Below, one piece after another: positions 1-8,440 of a DNA stretch of 64,000 bases. Under the pieces are notes generated by a model that saw only the letters and a program-made list of their open reading frames with translations, had not been told where the DNA came from and did not search any database. The number at the start of each line of letters is the position of its first letter. Position 1 is the first letter of the stretch. A program made the position numbers and the translations under genes. This stretch comes from Gemmatimonadota bacterium. Lineage in GTDB: Bacteria > Gemmatimonadota > Gemmatimonadetes > Gemmatimonadales > Gemmatimonadaceae. The stretch lies in NCBI GenBank assembly GCA_023249375.1, contig JAHFCT010000002.1, positions 60,202 to 124,201 of the forward strand. Direction: 5' to 3'.

Positions 1-509
1 GCGCCGCTCACAGCATGAAACGTGAGATCTTGTCCGCCGCTCGCCGTGGCGCTGCGCGTCGCCGTGAACACGATCTTCGACAGATCGATCGTGTCGCGCC
101 CCGACAAAACGCGATAGCGCAGCAGTGGTTCGTTCTGCTGGTGAATCGTCACGACGCCCTTCTGCTTGCCGAGGCTTGTGAAACCCGGCAGCTCAACACT
201 GATCGGCGCGGCACCGCGAGTTGAGAAATGCGTATGGCTCACCGACGTGTTCACCGTGAGCGTCTCGGTGGCCACCGCGGGCAGCGTCGCTGGCGCCGCG
301 GGACTTGGCGCGGCGGTGGTCGCTGCACCGACGGCGGAAAGAGGCGTCGCCGGCGACGCAGACGCGGCCGCTGATTGCGGCGCGCTGAGCGTCGCCGAAG
401 CCGCAGGATTTGTCGGCGCCGGCGGAAGGTTCTGGCGCGGGAAAAGGAATGGCGTCAGGACGACGACCACTCCAGAGAGCGCAAAGGCGAGAAAGAGCTT
501 CTTATCCAT
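1..509 (-). CDS. yidC: membrane protein insertase YidC, N-terminal part (gene continues past the left edge)
   Basis: A minus-strand ATG at 507-509 opens a stop-free frame down to position 1. It reads MDKKLFLAFALSGVVVVLTPFLFPRQ..., i.e. an N-terminal TM, an Ala/Pro-rich linker, then ETLTVNTSVSHTHFSTRGAAPISVELPGF. It is absent from the ORF track because it leaves the window. It completes the canonical rpmH-rnpA-yidD-yidC order. Confidence 0.8.
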   Translation of the reverse strand, partial: MDKKLFLAFALSGVVVVLTPFLFPRQNLPPAPTNPAASATLSAPQSAAASASPATPLSAVGAATTAAPSPAAPATLPAVATETLTVNTSVSHTHFSTRGAAPISVELPGFTSLGKQKGVVTIHQQNEPLLRYRVLSGRDTIDLSKIVFTATRSATASGGQDLTFHAVSG

Positions 510-527
510 CGGAACTCGGCGTGCTCG

Positions 528-737
528 TCAGGGCACCGGGTCGAAGCCGCCCGGCCGGAACGGATGACACCGCGCGATGCGCTTCAGCGCGAGCCACCCA
601 CCACGCAAAGCGCCGTGTTTCTCCAGCGCTTCGATGGCATAATGAGAACAGGTTGGATAATAGCGACACGCAGCCGGCAACATCGGAGACAACACCACCT
701 GATAAGCACGAACGAAGAGGATCAGCAACAGTTTCAA
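528..737 (-). CDS. yidD: membrane protein insertion efficiency factor YidD
   Basis: A TTG start at 735-737 lies 4 nt after GGAGGAGG and overlaps the rnpA stop (ATTTGA). The product is [60 protein letters not shown]..., the YidD signature. The 112-aa track ORF over-extends through rnpA. Confidence 0.8.
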   Translation of the reverse strand: MKLLLILFVRAYQVVLSPMLPAACRYYPTCSHYAIEALEKHGALRGGWLALKRIARCHPFRPGGFDPVP

Positions 738-1090
738 ATTGCCTCCTCCGCGGTCAGCTTCTGCAGGCGCTGTGCCGCATTCTGGACACTTGAGCGCAGT
801 GTGGCGAAGCTCGCCCCATACGCACTCGGCGTCGCGCGAATCACTACATCGAACGCGGGCATGCAAGGCAGAAGTTCTGTGCGGGCCAGATCACGCAGGC
901 GTCGCTTGACCAGGTTGCGATCCACCGCCGTATGGCCGTAGCGCGGCACAATCACACCAACCCGAGGGCGACGCAGAGGGGAAGCGACATATCGCACCTC
1001 GAGCTGGGCGGTGCGAATTCGCTTCCCCTGGACACGAACGGCCTCGAGGTCCCCCTCGCGCGTCACGCGTGACACGCGAGGAAATCGCAA
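734..1090 (-). CDS. rnpA: ribonuclease P protein component
   Basis: The 118-aa basic protein carries the RNR-type motif ([16 protein letters not shown]). It lies immediately downstream of rpmH. Confidence 0.9.
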   Translation of the reverse strand: MRFPRVSRVTREGDLEAVRVQGKRIRTAQLEVRYVASPLRRPRVGVIVPRYGHTAVDRNLVKRRLRDLARTELLPCMPAFDVVIRATPSAYGASFATLRSSVQNAAQRLQKLTAEEAI

Positions 1091-1094
1091 GCGG

Positions 1095-1259
1095 TTAGGC
1101 GCCGGCGTACTTCGACGGGAGCTTCACGGTGAGACTCTTCCGCCCCTTCTTGCGGCGGCGGCTCAGCACTTCGCGCCCCCACTTGGTTTCCATCCGTGCA
1201 CGGAACCCGTGGGTCTTAATGCGGCGCTTGTTCCGTGGACGGTACGTCGGCTTGCCCAT
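1095..1259 (-). CDS. rpmH: 50S ribosomal protein L34
   Basis: Hand translation of the minus strand gives [54 protein letters not shown] (54 aa). This is too short for the ORF track. The ATG is at 1257-1259 and the TAA at 1095-1097. Confidence 0.9.
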   Translation of the reverse strand: MGKPTYRPRNKRRIKTHGFRARMETKWGREVLSRRRKKGRKSLTVKLPSKYAGA

Positions 1260-1367
1260 ATTTACTCCAAAATGCGTGACGGCTAATCGCAGACAGAACG
1301 CTAAACGTATTCACATGAGGGAGATAGGTCAAGTCAGCCAATTTGGTTTGCACTCACGATTGTTGAC

Positions 1368-1414
1368 TTTTCCACAGCGCTCCGGTAGCATCGCGTCCCT
1401 TACTGTTTTCCACA
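1368..1414 (+). promoter_or_regulatory. two identical DnaA-box-like 9-mers (TTTTCCACA) upstream of dnaA
   Basis: TTTTCCACA occurs at 1368-1376 and again at 1406-1414. Each is one mismatch from TTATCCACA, and both lie within 65 nt of the dnaA ATG. This fits DnaA autoregulation or an origin element. Confidence 0.5.
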
Positions 1415-1428
1415 CCGTTCGAGTTCCA

Positions 1429-2823
1429 ATGTCCCTGTCGCCCAGCGACGCCTGGTCCCGTCTTCTAGACCGTGTTCGCGACCACCTGCCTGCACATACG
1501 ATCGACCAGTGGCTTGCCCCGTTGGCAGCCCTTGAGTTTGACGGACAGCAGCTGACACTTGCCGCCCCCGACCAGTTTGCGGTCGATTGGGTCGCCTCCA
1601 AGCACGCGGCATATCTCGAAAGCCTCGCGCCTATCTGCCTTGGCCATCCCGTGAAGGTCGTGCTGAAGGTCCAAGAGGAGCGTAGAACTCGCTCCCAGAT
1701 GGACCTGTTTGTTCAGCAGGCTGAAGCCATTATAGAGCCAGTATTAGCTGACAATTCGATTGTCTTGAGCCAGTTGAACGATCGCTACACGTTCGACCAT
1801 TTTGTCATTGGCAGGTCAAATGAACTCGCGGCGGCGGCGGCGGCGGCGGTCGCCGAGGCGCCGGCGACCTCATACAACCCGCTTTTCATTTACGGCTCCA
1901 CGGGGCTTGGCAAGACACATCTGATGCAGGCAATCGCGCATCGGATCTTGCAGCGCAACCCTGCTGTCCGGGTGACGTATATCACCGCCGAGCAGTTCTT
2001 GAATGACGTCATCAACTCGATTGAAAATCGGTCGATGAACGAGTTCAAGCGGCGATATCGGCAGTCAGATCTCTTGCTGGTGGATGACGTGCACGTGCTC
2101 GCGGGCAAGCAACAGACCCAAGAGGAGTTCTTTCACACGTTCAACGCGCTCTACGAGGCGGGACGACAGATTGTGCTGACCTCCGACCGGCCACCTTCGG
2201 AGATTCCGCGTCTCGAGGATCGACTGAAGAGTCGTTTTGAGTGGGGTATGGTCGCGGATGTTTCGGCCCCCGACCTCGAGCATCGCATCGCCATTCTGCG
2301 CCGGAAGGCGCAAATGGATCACCTTGAGCACACGATCCCAGATGAGGTGCTTCACTTCATCGCCGATCACGTGCAGGCGAATGTCCGCGAGTTGGAAGGG
2401 TCAATCATCAAACTTCTGGCCTTTTCCTCCCTTCGACACCGGGTAGTCACGACGGAGCTTGCGCGCGAGGCCCTGCGCGACAAACTGCGCGCCTCAGATG
2501 CCGCCGCTCCGCCTCGCACGACCCGCCAGGACAAGGTGCTGCAGGTTCAGCAGGCCGTAGCGGCGGAGTGGGGGGTGACCGTCGACGGGCTTACATCCAA
2601 GACCCGCACCAAGGTGCTGACGGTTCCTCGCCAAGTGGCCATGTATCTCACGCGCGAGGTCCACGGTCTTCAACTCGTGGAGATTGGCGCTGCGTTCGGT
2701 GGACGAGACCACTCAACGGTCATTCATTCGCTGGAGCGGGTCGCGGAGATGGTGAGGGGGGATGTTGCCTTCAGTGGGCGTGTGGAAAAAGTGAGGGAAA
2801 CCGTTCGTCATTCCCATTGGTGA
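1429..2823 (+). CDS. dnaA: chromosomal replication initiator protein DnaA
   Basis: The start was re-set to the ATG at 1429 (MSLSPSDAWSRLLDRV...). Walker A is GSTGLGKTHL, followed by LLVDDVHVLAGK, and the C-terminal DNA-binding domain ends DHSTVIHS. The upstream 100 codons of the track ORF overlap rpmH and its spacer. Confidence 0.95.
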   Translation: MSLSPSDAWSRLLDRVRDHLPAHTIDQWLAPLAALEFDGQQLTLAAPDQFAVDWVASKHAAYLESLAPICLGHPVKVVLKVQEERRTRSQMDLFVQQAEAIIEPVLADNSIVLSQLNDRYTFDHFVIGRSNELAAAAAAAVAEAPATSYNPLFIYGSTGLGKTHLMQAIAHRILQRNPAVRVTYITAEQFLNDVINSIENRSMNEFKRRYRQSDLLLVDDVHVLAGKQQTQEEFFHTFNALYEAGRQIVLTSDRPPSEIPRLEDRLKSRFEWGMVADVSAPDLEHRIAILRRKAQMDHLEHTIPDEVLHFIADHVQANVRELEGSIIKLLAFSSLRHRVVTTELAREALRDKLRASDAAAPPRTTRQDKVLQVQQAVAAEWGVTVDGLTSKTRTKVLTVPRQVAMYLTREVHGLQLVEIGAAFGGRDHSTVIHSLERVAEMVRGDVAFSGRVEKVRETVRHSHW

Positions 2824-3055
2824 ACATCGAGTTTCAGCTTCCTGATTGGTGACATATGTTCCACCCAACGATCCCGCACAAATCCACAGGTTTTCAACGT
2901 GTGCAAATGGTAGGAAAGTGCAAGCAAATGAACCACTTGTATTGATTTTCCACTCTCCACACGCTACTACTACTACCGCCACAATTCTCAAATTCTCTTG
3001 GATTGGTTAGGTGCCCCGCGCCAATCCCCACGTGACCCTCAGCAACCTGACTGGC
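2824..3055. other. candidate oriC segment: AT-rich dnaA-dnaN spacer with degenerate DnaA boxes
   Basis: The spacer is markedly AT-rich compared with its flanks. Box-like 9-mers are AAATCCACA (2880-2888), TTTTCCACT (2946-2954), CTCTCCACA (2953-2961) and TGTTCCACC (2857-2865). No perfect TTATCCACA is present. Confidence 0.45.
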
Positions 3056-4165
3056 ATGCGGTTCACGATATCGCGCGAGAAACTGCAAGAAGGGTTGAAT
3101 GCCGTGGCTTCGTCTGTTCCGTCAAAGACGACGCTGCCCGTTCTTGCGAATCTCCTTGTTCAAACAACGGACAAGGGAATTCGTATTTCTGGCACCGACC
3201 TCGACATCGCGGTGTCGACGGAAGTGACAGCCGACGTGGAATCATCCGGTGCGATCACGATTCCCGCGAAGAAACTACTGGAGATCGCGCGCGAACTTCC
3301 TGCAGCTCCGGTGAGAATTTCATCATCGGGCGACCAGCGCATCTCGCTGGAGTGCGGAAGATCGCGTTTCAAGCTGCTTGGACTCCCAAAATCGGAGTTT
3401 CCGTCATTTCCGGCGGTCAACTTCGACAAGAGCATCCGCATTCCCTCAGGGGAGTTGCAGAAGCTGATCGCCCATACGGCCTTTGCTGCGTCAACCGAAG
3501 AAAGCCGGCCCATTCTCAACGGCGTCCTATGGGAACTGCGCGCCGATGTGATGCGCATGGTGGCGACCAACGGTCATCGCCTGGCCAAGATGGAGGTGCC
3601 GGTTCGTGGCGCCGGTGATCACGCCGATCTGATTATTCCCCCGAAAGCGCTCGAGCAGATTCGCCGTCTCTTTCCGGCGGAAGAGGAACTTGAAGTTGCC
3701 CAAGGAGAGAACCACCTCGGCTTCCGTTCACCATTCACCGCGGTCTTCACGCGATTGATCGAAGGGCCATACCCGAGCTACGATCAGGTAATTCCGAAGG
3801 ACAATGACAAGGTTGTCATTATCGACAAGGCTGCGTTCATCAGCGCCCTCAAGCGCATGTCGGTGGTTGCGTCCGACCAGACACACCGAATCCGCCTGTC
3901 ATTCAACGCCGGGATGCTCAAGTTCAACGTTTCGACGCCGGACCTCGGCGAAGCCCAGGATGAGATGGCGATTCGCTACAACGGCGATCCGCTTGAAATC
4001 GGCTTCAACGCCGCGTACCTGCTCGAGATACTGCGCTTCCTGCCCACCGATGAGGTAAAGGTCAGCTTCAAGGCGCCAGAACGCGCGGCGACCATTGAGC
4101 CTGAGGGATGGAGTGATCCGGCGAAATACCTGTGTCTTCTCATGCCGCTGCGCTTGGTGGACTAA
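3056..4165 (+). CDS. dnaN: DNA polymerase III beta sliding clamp
   Basis: The start was set to the ATG at 3056 (MRFTISREKLQEGLNAV...), a typical DnaN N-terminus. The C-terminus is ...YLCLLMPLRLVD. The gene lies directly after dnaA. Confidence 0.93.
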   Translation: MRFTISREKLQEGLNAVASSVPSKTTLPVLANLLVQTTDKGIRISGTDLDIAVSTEVTADVESSGAITIPAKKLLEIARELPAAPVRISSSGDQRISLECGRSRFKLLGLPKSEFPSFPAVNFDKSIRIPSGELQKLIAHTAFAASTEESRPILNGVLWELRADVMRMVATNGHRLAKMEVPVRGAGDHADLIIPPKALEQIRRLFPAEEELEVAQGENHLGFRSPFTAVFTRLIEGPYPSYDQVIPKDNDKVVIIDKAAFISALKRMSVVASDQTHRIRLSFNAGMLKFNVSTPDLGEAQDEMAIRYNGDPLEIGFNAAYLLEILRFLPTDEVKVSFKAPERAATIEPEGWSDPAKYLCLLMPLRLVD

Positions 4166-4188
4166 ACGACAGCCGATGCTGAATGACC

Positions 4189-4227
4189 AACGGGGCCTCG
4201 CGGAGCATCATTCCGCGAGGTCCCGTT
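4189..4227. terminator. long hairpin between convergent dnaN and the 4289-5155 gene
   Basis: The stem is 16 bp: AACGGGGCCTCGCGGA (4189-4204) pairs with TCCGCGAGGTCCCGTT (4212-4227), with one G-U pair and a 7-nt loop. The U tract is weak. Confidence 0.5.
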
Positions 4228-4288
4228 CGATTGGAGAGGCGAAACAGCGACGTGACAGCAGAACGTACAGGTGGCTCTCGGTTCGTGC

Positions 4289-5155
4289 TCAGGGAGGCCA
4301 CGAAATTGTCACGGCGCTTTCCTGTTTCACCTGCTGATTACGCCTGCTGCTCTTGAGCGACAAGGCAAGCGATGCCGTGCCCGCAGCGCGCAGCAATCGT
4401 CCTGTGGCAGGATCGACCATGTAGCGCATCGTCCCGCTGGTTTCACCGGTCAGCGAGACGCGCTCTCCAAACTGCTCTCCATCACCGGCCATGCGCCCGC
4501 GGCTGATTCGGTCAATGAGCACGACCACGCGCGCGGAATCCTCGGTCGTTGCGCGCACCACGCGAAACCGGCGAACCGCAGTGCCGTGCAGCGGAATGCG
4601 ATCGCGGCACGATAGCGTTTGCACGGTATCTGTCCACTCACGCCCGACCGCCAGGGTGTCTGGGACGGGGATCCAGGCGTCGTGCAGTCCCTGTAGCGCA
4701 CTGAGCGTCGGTTCGGTGCATGCCGTGCTCTCAATTGGAACACGAAAGGACAACGGTCCACCTTGAGCGCTCGCTTCCGCAGTGAACGCACGTACGAGTT
4801 GCAACCCGGCCGGTACCACCGTCGGCGCGCCGCCAACCCCAACGCGATAGTCCTCAAGCGTGCCGTCCAGCCGGCGGTGCGCACGCGACGACCACACATA
4901 GCGGGCCGCGAGTGCGGCCTGCAGGGTGTCGGTGTGTGCAGAAGCAGCGTCGGTGATCGAGACGACGGCGCGCGTCGATATCGTAACGCGCTGAAGCGCT
5001 GAGGTCGTACCAAGCACCCACGGGCCCGCGATGTTCGGACCCAGAACAACGGCCGGCGCAGCCGGAGGCGGTCTCACCGGGCGCCGAACGCTTGGTGGAA
5101 CGCAGGCGGCAAAGAGACAGGCGGAGACGAGAAGGGCCGAGTGGCGACGAGGCAT
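4289..5155 (-). CDS. hypothetical secreted protein or lipoprotein
   Basis: The start was set to MPRRHSALLVSACLFAACVPP, a signal peptide with a lipobox-like Cys. I recognise no family. GC-rich third positions support coding. Confidence 0.6.
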   Translation of the reverse strand: MPRRHSALLVSACLFAACVPPSVRRPVRPPPAAPAVVLGPNIAGPWVLGTTSALQRVTISTRAVVSITDAASAHTDTLQAALAARYVWSSRAHRRLDGTLEDYRVGVGGAPTVVPAGLQLVRAFTAEASAQGGPLSFRVPIESTACTEPTLSALQGLHDAWIPVPDTLAVGREWTDTVQTLSCRDRIPLHGTAVRRFRVVRATTEDSARVVVLIDRISRGRMAGDGEQFGERVSLTGETSGTMRYMVDPATGRLLRAAGTASLALSLKSSRRNQQVKQESAVTISWPP

Positions 5156-5232
5156 GATGGTACGAGAAGATGCCATGGTCCGCGGGACAGGGAAAGCGAG
5201 CGCCCCGCCGCCGCAAGACGCGGCGAACGGGG

Positions 5233-5609
5233 CGGGATGACGATCGGCCTGTAAGCCGGGTTCTGTCGGAACCGAAGTTCCGGACGATCATTTCTCTCGG
5301 TGCCCGGTCGCCCGTGCACTCTAGCAGCCAACCCGCGGCGTCTTGATCGCAGAGGACTGCTGCTCGCCGCCTATTTGGCCTTGCTCCGGCTGGGGTTTGC
5401 CTTGCCACGCGTGTTGCCACGCGTGCGGTGGGCTCTTACCCCACCATTTCACCCTTACCTCTGCTTGCGCAAAGGCGGTGTCTTTTCTGTTGCACTGTCC
5501 GTCACGCCTCGCGGCGCGCCCAGGCATTACCTGGCAACCTGTCCATGGAGCCCGGACTTTCCTCGGCGCGATTTCTCGCGACGCGATCGTCCGGCCGACC
5601 GACATCCAC
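5233..5609 (-). ncRNA. rnpB: RNase P RNA, bacterial type A
   Basis: The minus strand contains the conserved RNase P RNA blocks in canonical order. They are GAGGAAAGTCCGGGCTCC (rc of 5547-5564), GGTTGCCAGGTAATGCCTGGG, GGTAAGGGTGAAATGG, GGTAAGAGCCCACC, CCGGAGCAAGGCCAAATAGG and ACAGAACCCGGCTTAC (rc of 5251-5266). The 5' GGATGTCGGTCGGCC pairs with the 3' GGCCGATCGTCATCC to form P1. The ends are approximate to within a few nt. Confidence 0.9.
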
Positions 5610-5754
5610 TCGGAAGATAGTGGGTTTGGGGAGGAAATGAGATCCGAACGGCACCTCGCGCAGTGACGTTTCGGGTTTTTCCGGCCCGCCCGTGTGACGG
5701 TGCAGTGACGGCCCCTTCCAGCATTCACGGCACACACTCACCCCGGAGGCTGCC

Positions 5755-6642
5755 GTGACCGCTCGTTTCGCGCCCCCGCCCACTACGGCCGTGCTAACGT
5801 GGGTCGATCCTTCCGATCGGCCGCGCGTGGACGCCGCAGGCAGTGGCATCTATCGCGCTATGCACCACGACTCTGTCGACACCCTTTACCGGGAGGTACG
5901 GAGGGCCGCGCCTGCCGCGGTACTGATGTCGGTGGGACGGCCGCTCTCCGATCACGCGCCGCGCGTTGCCCGGCTGGTGCGTGAGTTCCCGCGGGTCCCG
6001 ATGGTGGCGCTTCTGTCCCGCGTCGACCAATCCACGCCGCATGCGGTGCTGAATCTGGGGAACTGCGGCATTCGCAATCTGGTTGATGTGCGCGACGCCA
6101 CCGGCTGGCACCGCCTGCGAGAGTTTGTGGCGCATGAAGCCGTGGGCGAGATCGACCGGCTTGCGCTGGCAATGCTGCGCGAAGAACTGGCGGGAGCTTC
6201 GGATGACTGCTGGCGTTTCTTCGAATCTCTCTTTCACGAAAAACGTCCCGCGGCGACAGTGCGCGAGCTGGCGAATGCGCTTGGCGTCTTGCCGAGTACG
6301 CTCGTGAGCCGATTCTTTCGTGCGGGAATCCCTGCACCGAAGCGCTATCTGGCGTGGTCGCGCCTGGTGCGCGCAGCTCGCCTGCTCGAAAATCCCGGGC
6401 TCAGTATCGCCGACGCCTCCAATCAGCTCGAGTACTCGTCAGCGCAGAGTTTCTGCCGTCACGTCAAAAGTATGCTGCACGTGACCGCCGGACAGTTTCG
6501 CCGCGCACACAACGGACGTGCGATGCTCACGCGATTTCGCGATGAACTGCTGCGTCCGTATCACGACCTGCTGCTCGACCTGCGCCCGCTGAACGGGCAC
6601 CCAAATGGCCGACGGCGGAAGCGCGTGCCGCTGGTGCATTAG
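5755..6642 (+). CDS. AraC family transcriptional regulator
   Basis: The C-terminus has the AraC-type double HTH (TVRELANALGVLPSTLVSRFFRAGIPAPKRYLAWSRLVRAARLL... SIADASNQLEYSSAQSFCRHVKSMLHVTAGQFRR). The N-terminal domain is unassigned. Confidence 0.8.
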   Translation: MTARFAPPPTTAVLTWVDPSDRPRVDAAGSGIYRAMHHDSVDTLYREVRRAAPAAVLMSVGRPLSDHAPRVARLVREFPRVPMVALLSRVDQSTPHAVLNLGNCGIRNLVDVRDATGWHRLREFVAHEAVGEIDRLALAMLREELAGASDDCWRFFESLFHEKRPAATVRELANALGVLPSTLVSRFFRAGIPAPKRYLAWSRLVRAARLLENPGLSIADASNQLEYSSAQSFCRHVKSMLHVTAGQFRRAHNGRAMLTRFRDELLRPYHDLLLDLRPLNGHPNGRRRKRVPLVH

Positions 6643-6701
6643 TTGACGCGAATTCACCAGCGGCGGGGTTTGGCGCACGCGACAGGACAGAGAAAGAAAA
6701 T

Positions 6702-6728
6702 CCCGTCGGGCTTCACAAGCCCGACGGG
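6702..6728. terminator. bidirectional hairpin between convergent AraC-family gene and pyrE
   Basis: CCCGTCGGGCTT (6702-6713) pairs with AAGCCCGACGGG (6717-6728) as a perfect 12-bp stem. The 5' flank is A-rich (GAAAGAAAAT). Confidence 0.6.
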
Positions 6729-6757
6729 TCGATATCTCCAGCGCTGACGTGCACATC

Positions 6758-7312
6758 TCACGCCATCTGCGAGACGATCTCCGTGGCGGTGGCCAGCGCT
6801 TCCACGGAATAGCCCGCGGCTTCGAGCGTCTCGCGACCGCCCTCTTGTCGATCGACGACGGCAAGGACGCCAATCACCACGCCCCCCGCCGCGCGAATGG
6901 CCTCCGCTGCCTTAAGCGCAGAACCGCCCGTCGTGATGACATCTTCTATGACCACGACTTTGTCGCCGGCGCAAAACGGCCCTTCCACCAACTTGCCGGT
7001 GCCGTGCGTCTTTGCTTCTTTCCTCACGGTGAATGCGCGCACCGGAGTCCTGGCGAGGGCGCTCGCATGTGCGATCGCGTATGATACAGGGTCGGCGCCG
7101 AGCGTCAGTCCGCCCACGGCATCAGGCGCCCAACCGCGCGTGCGCATGGCCTCGAGCGCGAGCGGTCCGATGGCGGCCAGCCCGTCGGGGCTCATTGTCG
7201 TCAATCGGGCGTCGATGTACAGGTCCGACTGACGGCCGGAAGCAAGCGTAAAGGTGCCGCGCCGTGCAGAGCGCTGGGCGAGCATTTGGACAAGCGTAGC
7301 GTGGGAATCCAT
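6758..7312 (-). CDS. pyrE: orotate phosphoribosyltransferase
   Basis: The PRPP-binding motif KVVVIEDVITTGGS is present. Length and overall sequence are typical of PyrE. Confidence 0.93.
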   Translation of the reverse strand: MDSHATLVQMLAQRSARRGTFTLASGRQSDLYIDARLTTMSPDGLAAIGPLALEAMRTRGWAPDAVGGLTLGADPVSYAIAHASALARTPVRAFTVRKEAKTHGTGKLVEGPFCAGDKVVVIEDVITTGGSALKAAEAIRAAGGVVIGVLAVVDRQEGGRETLEAAGYSVEALATATEIVSQMA

Positions 7313-7348
7313 GAAGGCGGAGGTTACCGGAGCGTGAACGAGCGGTCA

Positions 7349-8425
7349 ATGCCGGAGCGACGTGCGCGGGCGCGTCTGTCGCTCGTTGCCCTCGCCCTGG
7401 TTGTGGTTTGCGTGGTGGCGGGCCTGGTGGTCGGTGACCATCTCGCGCGGCACGCGAACGGAGCGGACCTGACGACCGCGGTCACATCCGAACTGCTCCG
7501 GGACCGCATTATTCTCTGGGTGTGTGCGCTTGGAGCACTCTCCGCCCTCGGTATTGCGCTGCTTCATGAGCGCACCCAAGCGCAGCGCATCGCCGACCGC
7601 TCCGATGAACTGGAGCGCCTCTCGGCAGAGTTGCTGCGCGCCAATCGCGCCAAGAGCGAGTTTCTTGCCAATGTGTCGCATGAGCTGCGCACGCCGCTGG
7701 CCGCCGTGGTTGGATTCATCGACCTGCTGCGTGACGGCGCGTATGGCGAATTGGGGCCGAGACAGGTTGGCCCGGTAGAGCGTATTGAATCATCGGCGAA
7801 TCATCTGCGCGAACTCGTCGATCAGATCCTGGACCTCTCCAAGCTCGCCGCGGGACGGCTCGAGGTGTCCACTGAGGCGCTGAGCCTGCGCGCGTTCGTG
7901 ATTGACGTTGCCAGTGAAGTGGAATCGCTGCTCAATGAGAAAGGACTCACGTTCAGCATTCAGGTGCCAGCCTCCCTTCCGAAGGTCGACACCGATCCCA
8001 CACACCTGCGCCAGATTCTGGTGAACCTGCTAGGCAACGCCATCAAGTTCACGGCGGCAGGCACCATCACCGTGCGCGCCGTGCATGTGCCTGATGGAGC
8101 GATCGCGCGGGTCGCCGGGCGTTCACGGCGCCGGCCAATGCTTGCGGTCGGAGGGTCTTTCATCGCCCTGCAAGTGAGCGACACGGGGACCGGGATCGCG
8201 GAGAAGGATCATGAGCGGATCTTCGAAGAGTTCGAGCAGGTGAATGCCGGGCCGCGCGGGGATTCGATGCGTCGTGGCACCGGGCTCGGGCTCTCCATCT
8301 CGCGCCGGCTGGCGCGCCTGCTCGGCGGGGACATCACCGTGGAAAGCGAGCTGGGAACGGGTGCCACGTTCACCATCTGGCTTCCTTTCGATGTGGTCGA
8401 GCCGCACCAGGCCGCGCCGCGCTGA
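7349..8425 (+). CDS. sensor histidine kinase (two TM segments, HisKA plus HATPase_c)
   Basis: The H-box is SHELRTPL, the N box is LLGNAIKFT, and the G boxes are DTGTGI and GTGLGLSISRRLA. The start was set to the ATG at 7349 (MPERRARARLSLVALALVVV) to avoid overlap with pyrE. Confidence 0.85.
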   Translation: MPERRARARLSLVALALVVVCVVAGLVVGDHLARHANGADLTTAVTSELLRDRIILWVCALGALSALGIALLHERTQAQRIADRSDELERLSAELLRANRAKSEFLANVSHELRTPLAAVVGFIDLLRDGAYGELGPRQVGPVERIESSANHLRELVDQILDLSKLAAGRLEVSTEALSLRAFVIDVASEVESLLNEKGLTFSIQVPASLPKVDTDPTHLRQILVNLLGNAIKFTAAGTITVRAVHVPDGAIARVAGRSRRRPMLAVGGSFIALQVSDTGTGIAEKDHERIFEEFEQVNAGPRGDSMRRGTGLGLSISRRLARLLGGDITVESELGTGATFTIWLPFDVVEPHQAAPR

Positions 8426-8440
8426 AGCACCGAAGGTCCG

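Noticed and set aside
15-941. Several plus-strand ORFs at the left edge (69-188 aa).
   Set aside because: They are antisense to yidC, yidD and rnpA, whose products are recognisable on the minus strand.
1129-1428. A 100-codon N-terminal extension of dnaA in the track ORF.
   Set aside because: The extension overlaps rpmH on the opposite strand and the DnaA-box spacer. The canonical DnaA N-terminus begins at the ATG at 1429. Similar over-extensions were trimmed for dnaN, mnmG, murB, hisA, tag, argR and others.
1828-1848. A (GCG)7 trinucleotide run.
   Set aside because: It encodes a poly-Ala stretch in the variable linker of DnaA. This is a common low-complexity feature in high-GC genomes.
5402-5425. 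A tandem 12-nt duplication TTGCCACGCGTG x2.
   Set aside because: It lies within rnpB. On the RNA strand it reads CACGCGUG-GCAA-CACGCGUG, an 8-bp hairpin capped by a GNRA tetraloop. It is therefore an ordinary structural helix and not a repeat element.
5074-5849. A cluster of overlapping ORFs of 65-188 aa on both strands.
   Set aside because: They coincide with the RNase P RNA gene and its flanks. The conserved RNA blocks explain the region, and none of the ORFs resembles a protein family.
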